A DNA stretch of 64,000 bases from Eledone cirrhosa (taxonomy: Eukaryota), in assembly GCA_964016885.1 (NCBI GenBank), contig OZ024759.1:17980001-18044000 (forward strand), read 5' to 3'. Shown piece after piece: positions 12,367 through 23,521 of the stretch (positions are counted from its first letter, which is position 1; the number at the start of each line of letters is the position of its first letter). Below the pieces are notes generated by a model, which saw only the letters and a list, made by a program, of their open reading frames with translations, was not told where the DNA came from and did no database searches. The translations under genes were made by a program, and so were the position numbers.

Positions 12367-13336
12367 GAGTGTGCCCAGGCGCTCACCGCCCTCTGGCAGG
12401 CGGATCCGGTTATCAGTGGAGACTCCACCGCAACATTCTATAGAGGGCTGGTACGCAGCAGGTGCGACGACGCCCTCGGAGAAGCCCTAGACATGGAGGA
12501 GGACGAACTGGCCAGCCTGTTCGGTAGGACATTCAGCCCGGGACCTATGGACAACTTCCAGAAGTCCCTGGCCTGGCAGTGCTACCGAGGGGCTTTACCC
12601 GTTCGAGAAAGGCTCTACAGACACGGGCGCCCGGGAAGGGACCCCGCCAAAAAGATCTGTCCCAGATGCGTGTGCGACGAGGAAACCGTTGCACACGCAT
12701 TGGTACACTGCTCGGGCGTAGCCGATCTGTGGGGCTATGTCGAACAACTGCTGTCAAGGGTGGGACCGATCCGGTTGACCACCGAGTCGATTGTAATGAT
12801 CAAGCCGCCTCCCCCCTTCAAAGATGAAGCAGAGGCGGTGTTTCTGTGCGTAATAGCCATGGCGAAAGAGGTTGTATGGTGGACGCGTCTGAAAGGACTG
12901 AGGTCAGGCACCTTTCTCTCTGTCCAACAACTGGTCCGTTTCTTCCGATATCATTTCGGAAGAAGGATCAGGATGGAGAGAGAGGTGCTGCACCCCAGCC
13001 GTTTCTATGAAAGATGGGTGAAAGTGGCGAGAATGGCCCGTGTGAATGGGCCTTCACTCTACATCAGACTATAGGTGAGGAAGATAAAAGACCAAGGGAG
13101 CACCCCTTCTCTGTGCTCCTGAGGAGAAGGGTTGCACACTTTTTTCGGGGGTGTGTGCGACCCCCCAAGGCGCCTCCTCTCTATTGAGGATTTTGTTAAA
13201 AATTTTATTTTTTGTTATATCTTATTTTATTTTTATATTTTGTTATTGCCTTCTCCTTATTGAGGACGCCTTTTTGTGTAAACTCCCCCCTTTGTACTTG
13301 TCCCACTTTTGATGCCCTAGTGGCAAATAAAAGAAA
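12365..13336 (+). mobile_element. 5'-truncated Tx1/L1-clade non-LTR retrotransposon (intact ORF2 C-terminus plus 3' UTR)
   Basis: Uninterrupted frame to the stop at 13074 with CPRCVCDEETVAHALVHC zinc motif; AATAAAAGAAA end; (TATC)n on both sides. Confidence 0.88.
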
Positions 13337-13438
13337 TATATCTATCTATCTATCTATCTTTCTATCAGTGTATTTGTATGTTGGACATATAGTTATATGC
13401 ATGTATATTTATAAACAAGCACACACATATATAATATA

Positions 13439-13487
<49 letters not shown>

Positions 13488-13741
13488 ATATATATGTATT
13501 CTAACCCATGCTAGCATGGAAAATGGACGTTAAACGAAGATGATGATATGTATATATGTATGTATATATATATATGTATGTATATATATATATATATATA
13601 TATATCTATATATATGTATATATATATATATGAATGTATGCATAGTATATTTTGCAATAAATCGTATGTTTAATTAAAAACATTTTGAAGACCTTACGCT
13701 ATCATTTTAAAGTAGTGACTATGTCACTTACTTCTTTTCGG

Positions 13742-14080
13742 CGAAGAAGGCAGAGAAGCTAACAGTCTGTTTCACGCTCTTTGGCAATTATCAGAGCTAC
13801 GTACACCCCTCTTCCGCCAAAAATTATAGAAGCTGGATTCTTATAGAATTCCAGTAATAACCAGGAGCTGATTATACAGAGCGATTGCCGGTCTAGCAAA
13901 AATTAGCGATGTATACATGAAATGTATGCATAGTATATTTGGCAATATAACGTATGTTTGATTAATACTGGAATTCTATAAGAATCCAGCTTCTATAGTT
14001 TTCGGCGGAAGAGGGCAGTACGTAGCTCTGATGATTGTCAAACAGCATGAAACAGACTGTTAGCTTCTCTGCCTTCTTCG
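13742..14080. mobile_element. Inverted repeat pair (13742-13859 / 13961-14080) with hammerhead motifs, Penelope-like remnant
   Basis: Arms are reverse complements. A 42-bp direct repeat lies at 13630 and 13917. Flanked by (TA)n. Confidence 0.7.
14024..14065 (+). ncRNA. Type I hammerhead-like motif (mirror copy 13757-13798 on minus strand, with core CTGATAA)
   Basis: AGCT CTGATGA T-TGT-CAAACA-GCA-T GAAA CAG-A-CTG TT AGCT; stems are short. Confidence 0.6.
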
Positions 14081-14150
14081 TATGTATATATATATTTCGT
14101 TTCTGAATTTGTTTAGCTAGATTCTTTATCTGAAAACGTGTGTTGAAAAC

Positions 14151-14356
14151 GATATTGTTATACTTTGGGAGGGTCATGTTGCTAATAAGAAACACACGCA
14201 CCAGCTGCCTTCACTCCAATTTATTAAAAATTTATAAATTAAAAAATAAATAAATTTTTTCTAAAAAAATTTTTTTATTTTATAATAAATTGGAGTGAAA
14301 GCAACTGGTGCGTGTGTTTCTTATTGGCAACATGACCCTCCAAAAGTATAACAATA
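14151..14356. repeat. Inverted repeat with about 70-bp arms and an A/T spacer
   Basis: ATATTGTTATACTTTGGGAGGGTCATGTTGC... vs ...GCAACATGACCCTCCAAAAGTATAACAATAT; arm fragment recurs at 45459-45495. Confidence 0.8.
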
Positions 14357-14476
14357 TATATATATATATGTATGTATATGTATATGTGTAGATCCTGACA
14401 TAAATCGGGGTTCATCACAGTAAATAAGGTACTAAATACAGGAGTAAAGTGTGAACATCATTATTTAATATATATA

Positions 14477-15604
14477 TCATCATCATCATCGTTTAACGTC
14501 CATTTTCCACACTAGCATGGGTCTGGACAGGAATTGTCCCACTTGAGGCAAGATTGGTTGTCTTGCTCAGGACTGTCTGGCGGGTTTTCTACGGCTGGAT
14601 GCCCTTCCTAACACCAACCACATTTACAGTATGGACTGGGAGGTTTTTACCGTGTTACCTACATGGCCACCTTACAGCGTGGACTGTGTGTTTTTTTGTC
14701 GTGACACCTACACGACCTCATTTATTTAGGACTGGATGTTGTGGTACCAACATAGCTCTACATCGAAAGGGGTTGTGTAGATGGCGGCGGGGGTAGGGTT
14801 AGTGGGACGGGGGTGTATTTTGGTTAAGAGGTGCCTACTGACTGGAGGTTTCGCTTTGTACTTAGGCAAGGCGGATCTTCTGTATTACTATGTAGCGCCA
14901 AAGATCTCGGTCCAGTGACATTGTCTTGGAGAGGTGTAAGTGTGTGAGGTTGGATTTTCAAGTTGTCCCAGGTTTTTCTGGGTCTGCCTACTCCGTAGCT
15001 ACCGTCTATTTTGATCGCCCTGCACTTTTTTATACAGCTGTCATCTTTATTGCGCATCACGTGACCATACCAACGTAGTGTTCTCTCAAGTAAACAGCAT
15101 CTGATCCCTCTTATTCCTAATTTCTCACTTAGTTCATTTATGCTTTGCCGTTCACGTATATTACTATTACACATCCAACGGAGCATGCAAGCTTCGTTCC
15201 TCTCCTGTCTGCGTAGATCCTCTGCACACAAGGCCCATGTCTCACTGCCATGTAACATCGCTGTTCGTATGCAAGCATCATACAGCCTGCCTTTTATTTT
15301 TCGAGAGAAACCTTTAGCAGCCAATAGTGGTATAACCTCTCTGAACTTTTTCCAATCCGTTCTGACTCTAGCTACAGTATTTTCAGAGCACCCTCCACCA
15401 CTGCTGATTTTGTCACCCAGGTAACAGAAGGTGTCCACTATTTCTATAGAACCATCTGGGCAATGGAATGAGCTAGTATTCAGTGTGCATTTGCTGCTAC
15501 TTATTGCACCAGAGCACCGGCCACATATAAAATCTATATTCTTAGTTAGCTTACCTGTGATCCCACTACATCTTTTATGCACCCATACTTTGCATTTGGG
15601 ACAT
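14477..15604 (-). mobile_element. 5'-truncated RTE-clade LINE (RT C-terminal region, 3' UTR, (GAT)n tail)
   Basis: ORF 14824-15699 has FCYLG, MLHGSETW, LRWYGHVMR and GRPRKTW, the RTE C-terminal signatures; tail at 14477-14490. Confidence 0.92.
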
Positions 15605-16059
15605 TTAATATATATATATATTAAAAGATTTATGTTTATATATATAGACAAAGAGCCATATATTGTAATATATGACTCTTTCTCTCTATATATAAACATA
15701 TATTCTTTTAATTTGGTTATTATGGCTCTAGATAAAGTCTACTGAGCTTACTTATTGGAAAAGTGTGGAAAAGCAGACATTAAAATGATGACGATTATGA
15801 TGATGATGATGATGATATATATGAAGGAAATATGTTTGGAACATGCTGAGCAAAGCTTGGAATTAAAATAGAAATAGAAGCTTCCTTGTAACATTTTGAC
15901 TAACTAATATATTATCTAGTCAAAATGTTACAGCAAAACTTGCATTTCTATATATATATAAAGGCGGCCGACCGAACTAGAAACTACTAAATGTGTGGCC
16001 GCCTTCTTGTCTCTTTGCATTTTCAGTCCCATGGATTATATTCCTTTGTTAAATTTTGA

Positions 16060-16117
16060 ATACTTGATGATGTCACCGGATTCATACTGAACCCGGGCAT
16101 TGAAATGTTCATAGTAT
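16060..16117 (+). ncRNA. Type I hammerhead-like motif (U3 core); homolog with CTGATGA core at 17793-17850 on minus strand
   Basis: ATAC TTGATGA, stem II with CCGG/CCGG and TTCA/TGAA, GAAA TGTTCA TA GTAT. Confidence 0.6.
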
Positions 16118-16181
16118 AATAAACCTTTAAGAAATTACACCAGTCCAGCCTCCTGTTATTATATAATAATTAACGCTTTGA

Positions 16182-16325
16182 CGCATAGAGTTACGGCCCT
16201 TGCCATTCTGAGTTCAAATCCCGCCGAGGTTAACTTTGCCTTTCATCCTTACGGGGTCGATAAAATAAAGTACCAGTAATGCACTAGGTAATTGCTGGCC
16301 TTGTGCCAATAGTAGAAACAATTAT
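16182..16325 (+). mobile_element. SINE family 1, partial copy
   Basis: B box GAGTTCAAATCC and body GCCTTTCATCCTTACGGGGTCGATAAAATAAAGTACCAG. Confidence 0.85.
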
Positions 16326-16520
16326 ATAATAATTAACTCCGTACTCACACCACCAACAACACAAACGAAGACGGGTGAGTTGGATTACATCGAGTGCTCT
16401 CCCTAATATTACACCGAGGTTGACCATACGGAATGACTAGTTCTATCCAGTGTTAAACCAACAAACCTAAATATATATATATATATATATATATATTTAA
16501 AAGAATATTTATTTATTTAT

Positions 16521-16628
16521 TTATTATAAGAACAGATTAAAGTTTAAGCAAAGAATTTCTGCTTTCACTCTTAACGTTAAGAGTGAATACAGCAATTCTT
16601 TGCTTAAACTTTAATCTGTTCTTATAAT
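16521..16628. repeat. Near-perfect palindrome of about 110 bp centred on TTAACGTTAA
   Basis: TTATTATAAGAACAGATTAAAGTTTAAGCAAAGAATT... mirrored by ...AATTCTTTGCTTAAACTTTAATCTGTTCTTATAATAA. Confidence 0.85.
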
Positions 16629-16691
16629 AAATATTTGCTCTACGGGTTTATATATATATAATATATGAAATTTCATTTCATTTTTTCCGTT

Positions 16692-16731
<40 letters not shown>

Positions 16732-17020
16732 ATTATATATAATCCTTATTGATCCCTCTTCAGATTTTAGTCTTCACATTTATTATTGCTATCATCATCA
16801 TCATCATTTAACGTCCATCTTCCATGCTAGTATGGGTTAGACGGGATTGTCACACTTGAGGCAAGATTGGTCGGGTGACCATTTCTCGCTCATATAGAAC
16901 TGTATCTGGCAGGTTTTTCTAGTATTACTATATATATATAAACGGAAAAAAAATGAAACGATATTTCATTTCCCACTCTTAGTACGGCTGTTACTTAAAT
17001 ATAAGTATGTAGGAAGGTAT

Positions 17021-17063
17021 ACGTTGCTGACGATAGCTAACAAGCTTGAAACTAGTACAGCGT
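17021..17063 (+). ncRNA. Compact type I hammerhead ribozyme motif
   Basis: ACGTTG CTGACGA T-AGCT-AACA-AGCT-T GAAA CTAG TA CAGCGT: 6-bp stem I, palindromic CTAG stem III, GUA triplet. Confidence 0.8.
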
Positions 17064-17516
17064 TCCTTTGTCAGTGTTGAACAAACGAGCAACGGTGGTT
17101 GCTAGACACTACGGCTTAATACGGGATGTTTATTTACAAACACACCGAGCATTATAATAAATGTTCGGTGAATCCATACGTGCATATATATATGTGTGCA
17201 TGTATGTATATATATATATATACATACTACTGTATGTCGGTATACATATATGTATGTACGTGTACATACTTATATATATATATATATATATTAGCAGAAA
17301 CTAATGCATTTGTCTGGGGCCAGAGAATCAAATTCTCTACTCACATGAAATCGTTTTTCTCACTATTTAACGTATTAGTGTGCACTGTGCTTTCTTTTAA
17401 GTTGGTATCTTAATTATACTGGCTTACTTAAAGCATTGCGTGAGTAGGAAAATGACTGAAGGGTTTTTGGTCCTATCTAATAACTTTGTTTCATTATTAT
17501 TACTATTATATATATA

Positions 17517-17685
17517 GGGTGGTGGATTGGCAGTATCGGTAGAGAGTTGGACACCATGCTTTCCAGCACGGTTGTGTCCCTTTACAGACTGAGTTCAAAT
17601 CCCGCCGAGGTTAACTTTGCCTTTCATCCTTGCAGTAATGTACTCGATAATTGCTAGCCTGTGCCAAAAGTAGAAACAATCATTA
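17517..17685 (+). mobile_element. SINE family 1 copy
   Basis: A box TGGCAGTATCGG, B box GAGTTCAAATCC, AGTAGAAACAAT tail. Confidence 0.85.
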
Positions 17686-18048
17686 CTATTATATATATAT
17701 ATCATCATCACATATATATATATTATTGAGTAAAATGGTAAAATGACAGGAGGCTGGACTCATGAAATTCCTTCAAAGATTTATTATAGCAAATGCTATG
17801 AACATTTCAGTGGCCAGGTTCCGTAAGATCCTGGTGACATCATCAGGTGTTTATTGCATAATAGTTATATAATAAAGGAATAATGGTAAACACAATTTTT
17901 TTTAAACGTTAAAAACAATCCAAGAGGCTATAAGGATATAAAAAAACAGCGAAAAATGTTTTTGAGTCGAGGGCGATCAAGAGGGCCAGTTGTTGACAGT
18001 TTGGCCGACCACCAGTTCTATCCAGTGTTGAACCATCAAACTTAAATG

Positions 18049-18096
<48 letters not shown>

Positions 18097-18166
18097 ATCG
18101 CAGAATTACTACTACCTTGTGGGATGACCAATCCTGGTGATTATCTCTTTGACCATATATGGAATT

Positions 18167-18261
18167 GCCCCTTGACAAGTTCGGCTATTTAAATACCAGA
18201 ACTGATTTTTCATTCAGTACAGAATTAGCCGTCGAAACGGCTTGAGCTCAGCCGTTGGGGT
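18167..18261 (+). ncRNA. Type I hammerhead ribozyme motif, U3-A8 core variant (second copy)
   Basis: GCCCC/GGGGT stem I; TTGACAA core; CGGCTA/TAGCCG stem II with inner ACTGA/TCAGT hairpin; GAAA 18234-18237; CGGCT/AGCCG stem III; GUU triplet. Confidence 0.7.
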
Positions 18262-18271
18262 CTTACTTACT

Positions 18272-18311
<40 letters not shown>

Positions 18312-18314
<3 letters not shown>

Positions 18315-18908
18315 TCATCATCATCATCATCAACGTTTAACGTCCGTGTTCCACGCTTGCATGGGTTTGGACGGGGGTAGTCCCACTTGAGGCAAGAGTG
18401 ATTGTCTTGCTCGCATAGGACTGTCTGGCAGGTTTTCTACAGTTGGATGCCCTTCCTAACACCAACCACATTTACAGTGTGGGTCTGGGAGGTTTTTACC
18501 GTGTTGCCTACACGGCCACATTACAGCGTGGACTGTGTGTTTTTTTGTCGTGACACCTACACGATCTCATTTGTTTCGGCCTGGATGGCGCGGCACCAAC
18601 ATAACTTTACATAGAACGGGGTGGTGGCGGGACGGGGTGTATTTTGTTAGAGATGCCTACTGGCAAGGCGGGTCTTCTCTGTTACTGAGTACCGCCAAAG
18701 GTCACGGTCCAGTGACATTGTCTTGGAGAGGTGTAAGTGTGTGAGGTCGGAGTTTATCAGCTCATCCCATGTTTTTCTAGGTCTGCCTATTCCGTGGCTA
18801 CCGTCTATCTTTATTGCCCTGCACTTTGTAATACAGCTATCGACTTTCATGCGCATCACGTGTCCATACCAACGCAGCCTTCTCTCGAGTAAACAACATC
18901 TGATCCCT
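18312..18908 (-). mobile_element. 5'-truncated RTE LINE 3' end
   Basis: ORF 18647-18859 (CRAIKIDGSHGIGRPRKTW) parallels 14824-15699; 3' UTR and (GAT)n tail. Confidence 0.9.
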
Positions 18909-18925
18909 CTATATATATATATACA

Positions 18926-19113
18926 CAGGGAAACTTCTGTATAATGAATACCATTATAACAAATTTTTTTGGTATAACAACATTTTTTTCAATCCCCGAG
19001 TTAGTAACAAACAAACACTTGATTTGTTTTGGTCGATCTCATTATAAAGAATTTTTCGTTAAAACAAATTTTTTTTTATAGCCCGTGAATTTCGTTATAA
19101 TGGAAATTCACTG
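18926..19113. mobile_element. Tigger/pogo-like MITE
   Basis: Imperfect TIRs CAGGGAAACTTCTGTATAATGAA / TTCGTTATAATGGAAATTCACTG followed by TA. Confidence 0.6.
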
Positions 19114-19959
19114 TATATATATTACAGGAGTAAAATTAACAAAATATTTTTTATACTGTGCCTTACTATTATTAGTTACTTTTTATTGGAAGATTGTTTT
19201 GGTTGAAGGAGGGAAGGATGTAGTCCCCATGTTTCTGCAGCCTCTGTGTACATATATATATATGTATGTAATTATATTCTTCCATGAAGATATTGAATCT
19301 GTGTTTATTGTATAGAAATCAATATTGAAGGAGGTATCCTGGGTCGAATAAACCTCCTACAATAGAAGATTTATTAATAAATGGAATTTCTATCATGTAA
19401 GAGCCCATAGAAAACGTGGGAAAATATATGGTAAAATCCCACTTGATTCAAAGGAAATTACAGTTCTAAAACTTCTCCCAAATATTAACTATATATTATG
19501 TAATAAAGTTAGTAACATATCTATCTGATCTGATATAGAAAAATGCAGTACGGTGACAAGATGTAAATTACATTATGATTGTAAGCGTTCCAACAGTGAT
19601 AGCCCCCAAGAATAAATATGATGTTAACCCACTAGCTCCTAGATGTTTTTATTTATTTATGTTTTTGTCATTATAAGAAAATACATAAAAGTCTTTGACA
19701 TGAAAAGAATTTGCTGCATTAGCTTGCCCTTCAGCAAGTGGGTCAGCATACTACATTGTGTTGAAGTTAACCCAAAGCCAAAATTCTCTGTGGCTTGATA
19801 TAAATTTAGTAATGTAATTTCAGAATATACTAACAGACAAAACTATGTGGAAAACCCCAGACCTTCACATCAAAATTAACTCTTATCACCCTATAATGAT
19901 TTAGTAGAAAATATGTAATGCACATGGGGCATGTTTCTGTGATTTCTGAGGGAGTTGTG

Positions 19960-20146
19960 GGGGCATTGGCAGTATCGGTAGAGGGTCGGACGCCATGCTT
20001 TCCAGCATAGTTACGTCCCTTTACGATCTGAGTTCAAATCCCGCCGAGGTTGACTTTGCCTTTCATCCTTACGGGGTCGATAAAATAAAGTACCAGTAAT
20101 GCACTGGGTAATTGCTGGCCTTGTGCCTAAAGTAGAAACAATTATA
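19960..20146 (+). mobile_element. SINE family 1, full copy; its tail is the left breakpoint of duplication copy 2
   Basis: A and B boxes, conserved body, AGTAGAAACAATTATAT tail. Confidence 0.88.
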
Positions 20147-22135
20147 TTGATATACATCATTTTGTAGCATATTTTTAAACCAGGTAGAGCCCATCTCTCT
20201 AGATCTGAGTACAGAAGATTTATTCTAGAGAAAGATAGATAGTGGGAGAATGGGAGTGAGAAAGAGATACAGAGGAAAAATCGATCCCCAGTACTTGACT
20301 CAAATGGATGAAAGGCAAAGTTGACCTTGGCAGGATTTGAACTCAGAGAGCTGAAATGAATACTGCAAAGCATTCTATCTGATGTTCTAAGGATTCTGCC
20401 AACTCACCACCTCTAGAAGATATGTAACATCGTTGTTAAATCAAATGTTTATAGTATCTTTCCTATACAACAAATTGTTTTGAAAATTTAGTAGTTAGAG
20501 TAAAGACTTTAATATTTAATATGATGTAAGCTAGTACAAACTGATTCATGGTTGAGTGGTTGCCGACTAAATATGCTCCCCCACAAGACCCTAGTCTGGT
20601 AAAGAGGGTAAGTGGAACCCCCGGCAGCACAAATATGGGTTAAATAGTCTCACCAACCCACAATTGGCCAAGTGTGGTGGGTACAGCTACACCCTTGACA
20701 TGATAAAAACCAAACAGAAAGTGGTGGAGGTCAACCAGGGAAGGGTTCCTTCAACGGGAGTGAGAAGGCCCTGGATTGGATTAGATTATGCTAAAAATAA
20801 TATTGCATATGTGTGCTGATAATTAACTCTTAACATCTTGTAATGTTTAAGCAAAACAATCTAACAATAGCTTTGTTAATTCAAATGTTTATTGTATCTT
20901 TATTAGTGGACAAGTTGCGAACACTTTAAACATTAGAGCAAAGACTTAAACATTTTTAATGTAATGTTTTGTATTTTTAATGAATGACTTGCTAATGTGG
21001 TTTACCATGGTACAGGATGTTAAAAGTTGAAAGAGAATTGACTAATCGTAACAAAACAGATTAAAGATAGATAAAGAAATGCTTTAGCTAAGTATGCATT
21101 CCTACCAATAAGTCTGGTAGAAGAAAACGGCAAATAAATATTTATCATGCTAATAATCTTTCGAAACATTGGCAAATTTCCAAAATTCCACAAAGTCCGT
21201 AAGCAAAGGAAAACTGTATCAATAATAATTGGAGCACTATATATGATTAAAAAAAAATACAATGTAGAGAATACAAACCATATGAGGGCTGTCAACTTTA
21301 CACTCACTCCCAAATATAGACTTGCTTAGCACAGCTTACATTGTATGCCAGACACTTTAAATTCAATAATACAACTGAAATAGTTGTGGTAGTGAATTGG
21401 AATATATTTCAAGTACATTACACCCTCAACATACAACACATCCATTCACCATTCTGTAAAATAATATAGCTCACACAGCAGATTATCTATGAAATCACCA
21501 CCATATCATCATCATCATCATCATTTAGTATCTGTTTTTAATTCTAGCAAGAGTTAGATGGGTAATCGCATAGCAAGTCATTAATTAGTTGGGGCTACAG
21601 TCTACTGTGTAGAACAAATAAAATGGAAAAACAGACCGTCTCATCTTCTCAGTCAACCTCTGGAAATCACTATAGTTTTGGTTAATTAAGGTTAATACTA
21701 TTCATTCCAGTGTACATTAAGATGTAACAAAACAGGTAGAGATAAAGACAGGCTAAGTTATGCCTTCGGTGAATTACAAAAATGACGGTCTAACGTATCT
21801 CAAGCAAATCAACTGACAAAGAAGAGAGGGAACAATGTGTGAGGTCTTAGTCAGAGGAGATAAAAATATAGAAAAGAGAGCATTAGAAAAACGGAAGTAA
21901 TAGGCACTGCAGTTGAATGTGCCAACAAAGAAGAATGACACTGGCATATTAGAAAGGAGAATAGGGGAAAAGACACTGTGGCGTCAAATATAAGATAGTA
22001 TTTTTTTAAAATCAAAACACATGGCTAAGTCTTCAGAATATGAATTTAAAACAAGCTGGGCGTCGCACAAACACAGAACAAAGACAATATGAACATACAC
22101 ACACACACACATACGCACACATATAAAGTATGGTG

Positions 22136-22181
<46 letters not shown>

Positions 22182-23521
22182 GTGTAACTGGCCTTTCACA
22201 CTTACACCTCTCTTAGACAATGTCTCTGGCTTGAGACCTTTGGCGCTACACAGCAATACAGAAGACCCGCCTTCCCTTACGTACAAAGTTAAACCTACAC
22301 CCCATCCCATTACCCCCACTCCATTCTTCCACTTCCACCCACATCACCCTTTCTCTGTAACGTTATGTTTGTACCACAGAACACCCAGTCCACACTGTAA
22401 TGTGTTCGTGTAGGTGTCACGACAAAAAGTACCCAGTCCACGCTGTAAAGTGTTCGTGTAGGTGTCACGACAAAAAGTACCCAGTCCACGCTGTAAAGTG
22501 TTCGTGTAGGTGTCATGACAAAAAGTACCCAGTCCACGCTGTAAAGTGTTCGTGTAGGTGTCACGACAAAAAGTACCCAGTCCACACTGTAAAGTGTTCG
22601 TGTAGGTGTCACAACAAAAAGTGTTCGTGTAGGTGTCACGACAAAAAGTGCCCAGTCCACGCTGTAAAGTGTTCATGTAGGTGTCACGACAAAAAGTACC
22701 CAGTCCACACTGTAATGAAGTCATATAGGTGTCACGACAAAAAGCACCCAGTCCACACTGTAAAGTGTTTGTGTAGGAGACACAGTAAAAAGGTTCCCTG
22801 TCCACACTGTAAATATGGTTGGTGTTAGGAAGGCCATCGAACCATAGAAAACCTGCCAGATACAATCCTATACAAGCGAGACACGATCAAATGGGACAAT
22901 CCTGTCTAACATCTAACCCATGCTATTGTGGAAGATGGACGGTAAGCGATGATGGTGAAGATGATGATGATGATATATATATATATATATTATGAAATTA
23001 ACGAAGACCACTGGTATTAATTCAATGGTTTCCGGCCAGCATCTAGCTCATTCAATGAATCTGCCAAATTGCAGTAATGCAGTTGCAATCAGCTGTTCAG
23101 AGTGCACACATTTAATTAATAGCAGATATGGTGGTGGGGTTTAGGTAGAGAGAAAGGTAAAATTCTCATATTCTGGACGATAACGTTTCTGCGCAACATA
23201 ACTTCACAAATGCAGATCACCCCGTTCTATGTAAAGTTATGTTGGTGCCGCGCCATAGGCCGAAACAAATGAGATCGTGTAGGTGTCACGACAAAAAAAC
23301 ACACAGTCCACGCTGTAATGTGGCCGTGTAGGCAACACGGTAAAAACCTCCCAGACCCACACTGTAAATGTGGTTGGTGTTAGGAAGGGCATCCAACTGT
23401 AGAAAACCTGCCAGACAGTCCTATGCGAGCAAGACAATCACTCTTGCCTCAAGTGGGACTACCCCCGTCCAAACCCATGCAAGCGTGGAACATGGACGTT
23501 AAACGTTGATGATGATGATGA
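20140..23521 (+). repeat. Segmental duplication, copy 2 (direct repeat of 7410-10626)
   Basis: Same sequence as copy 1 with a longer 48-bp minisatellite (22385-22810). Confidence 0.95.
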
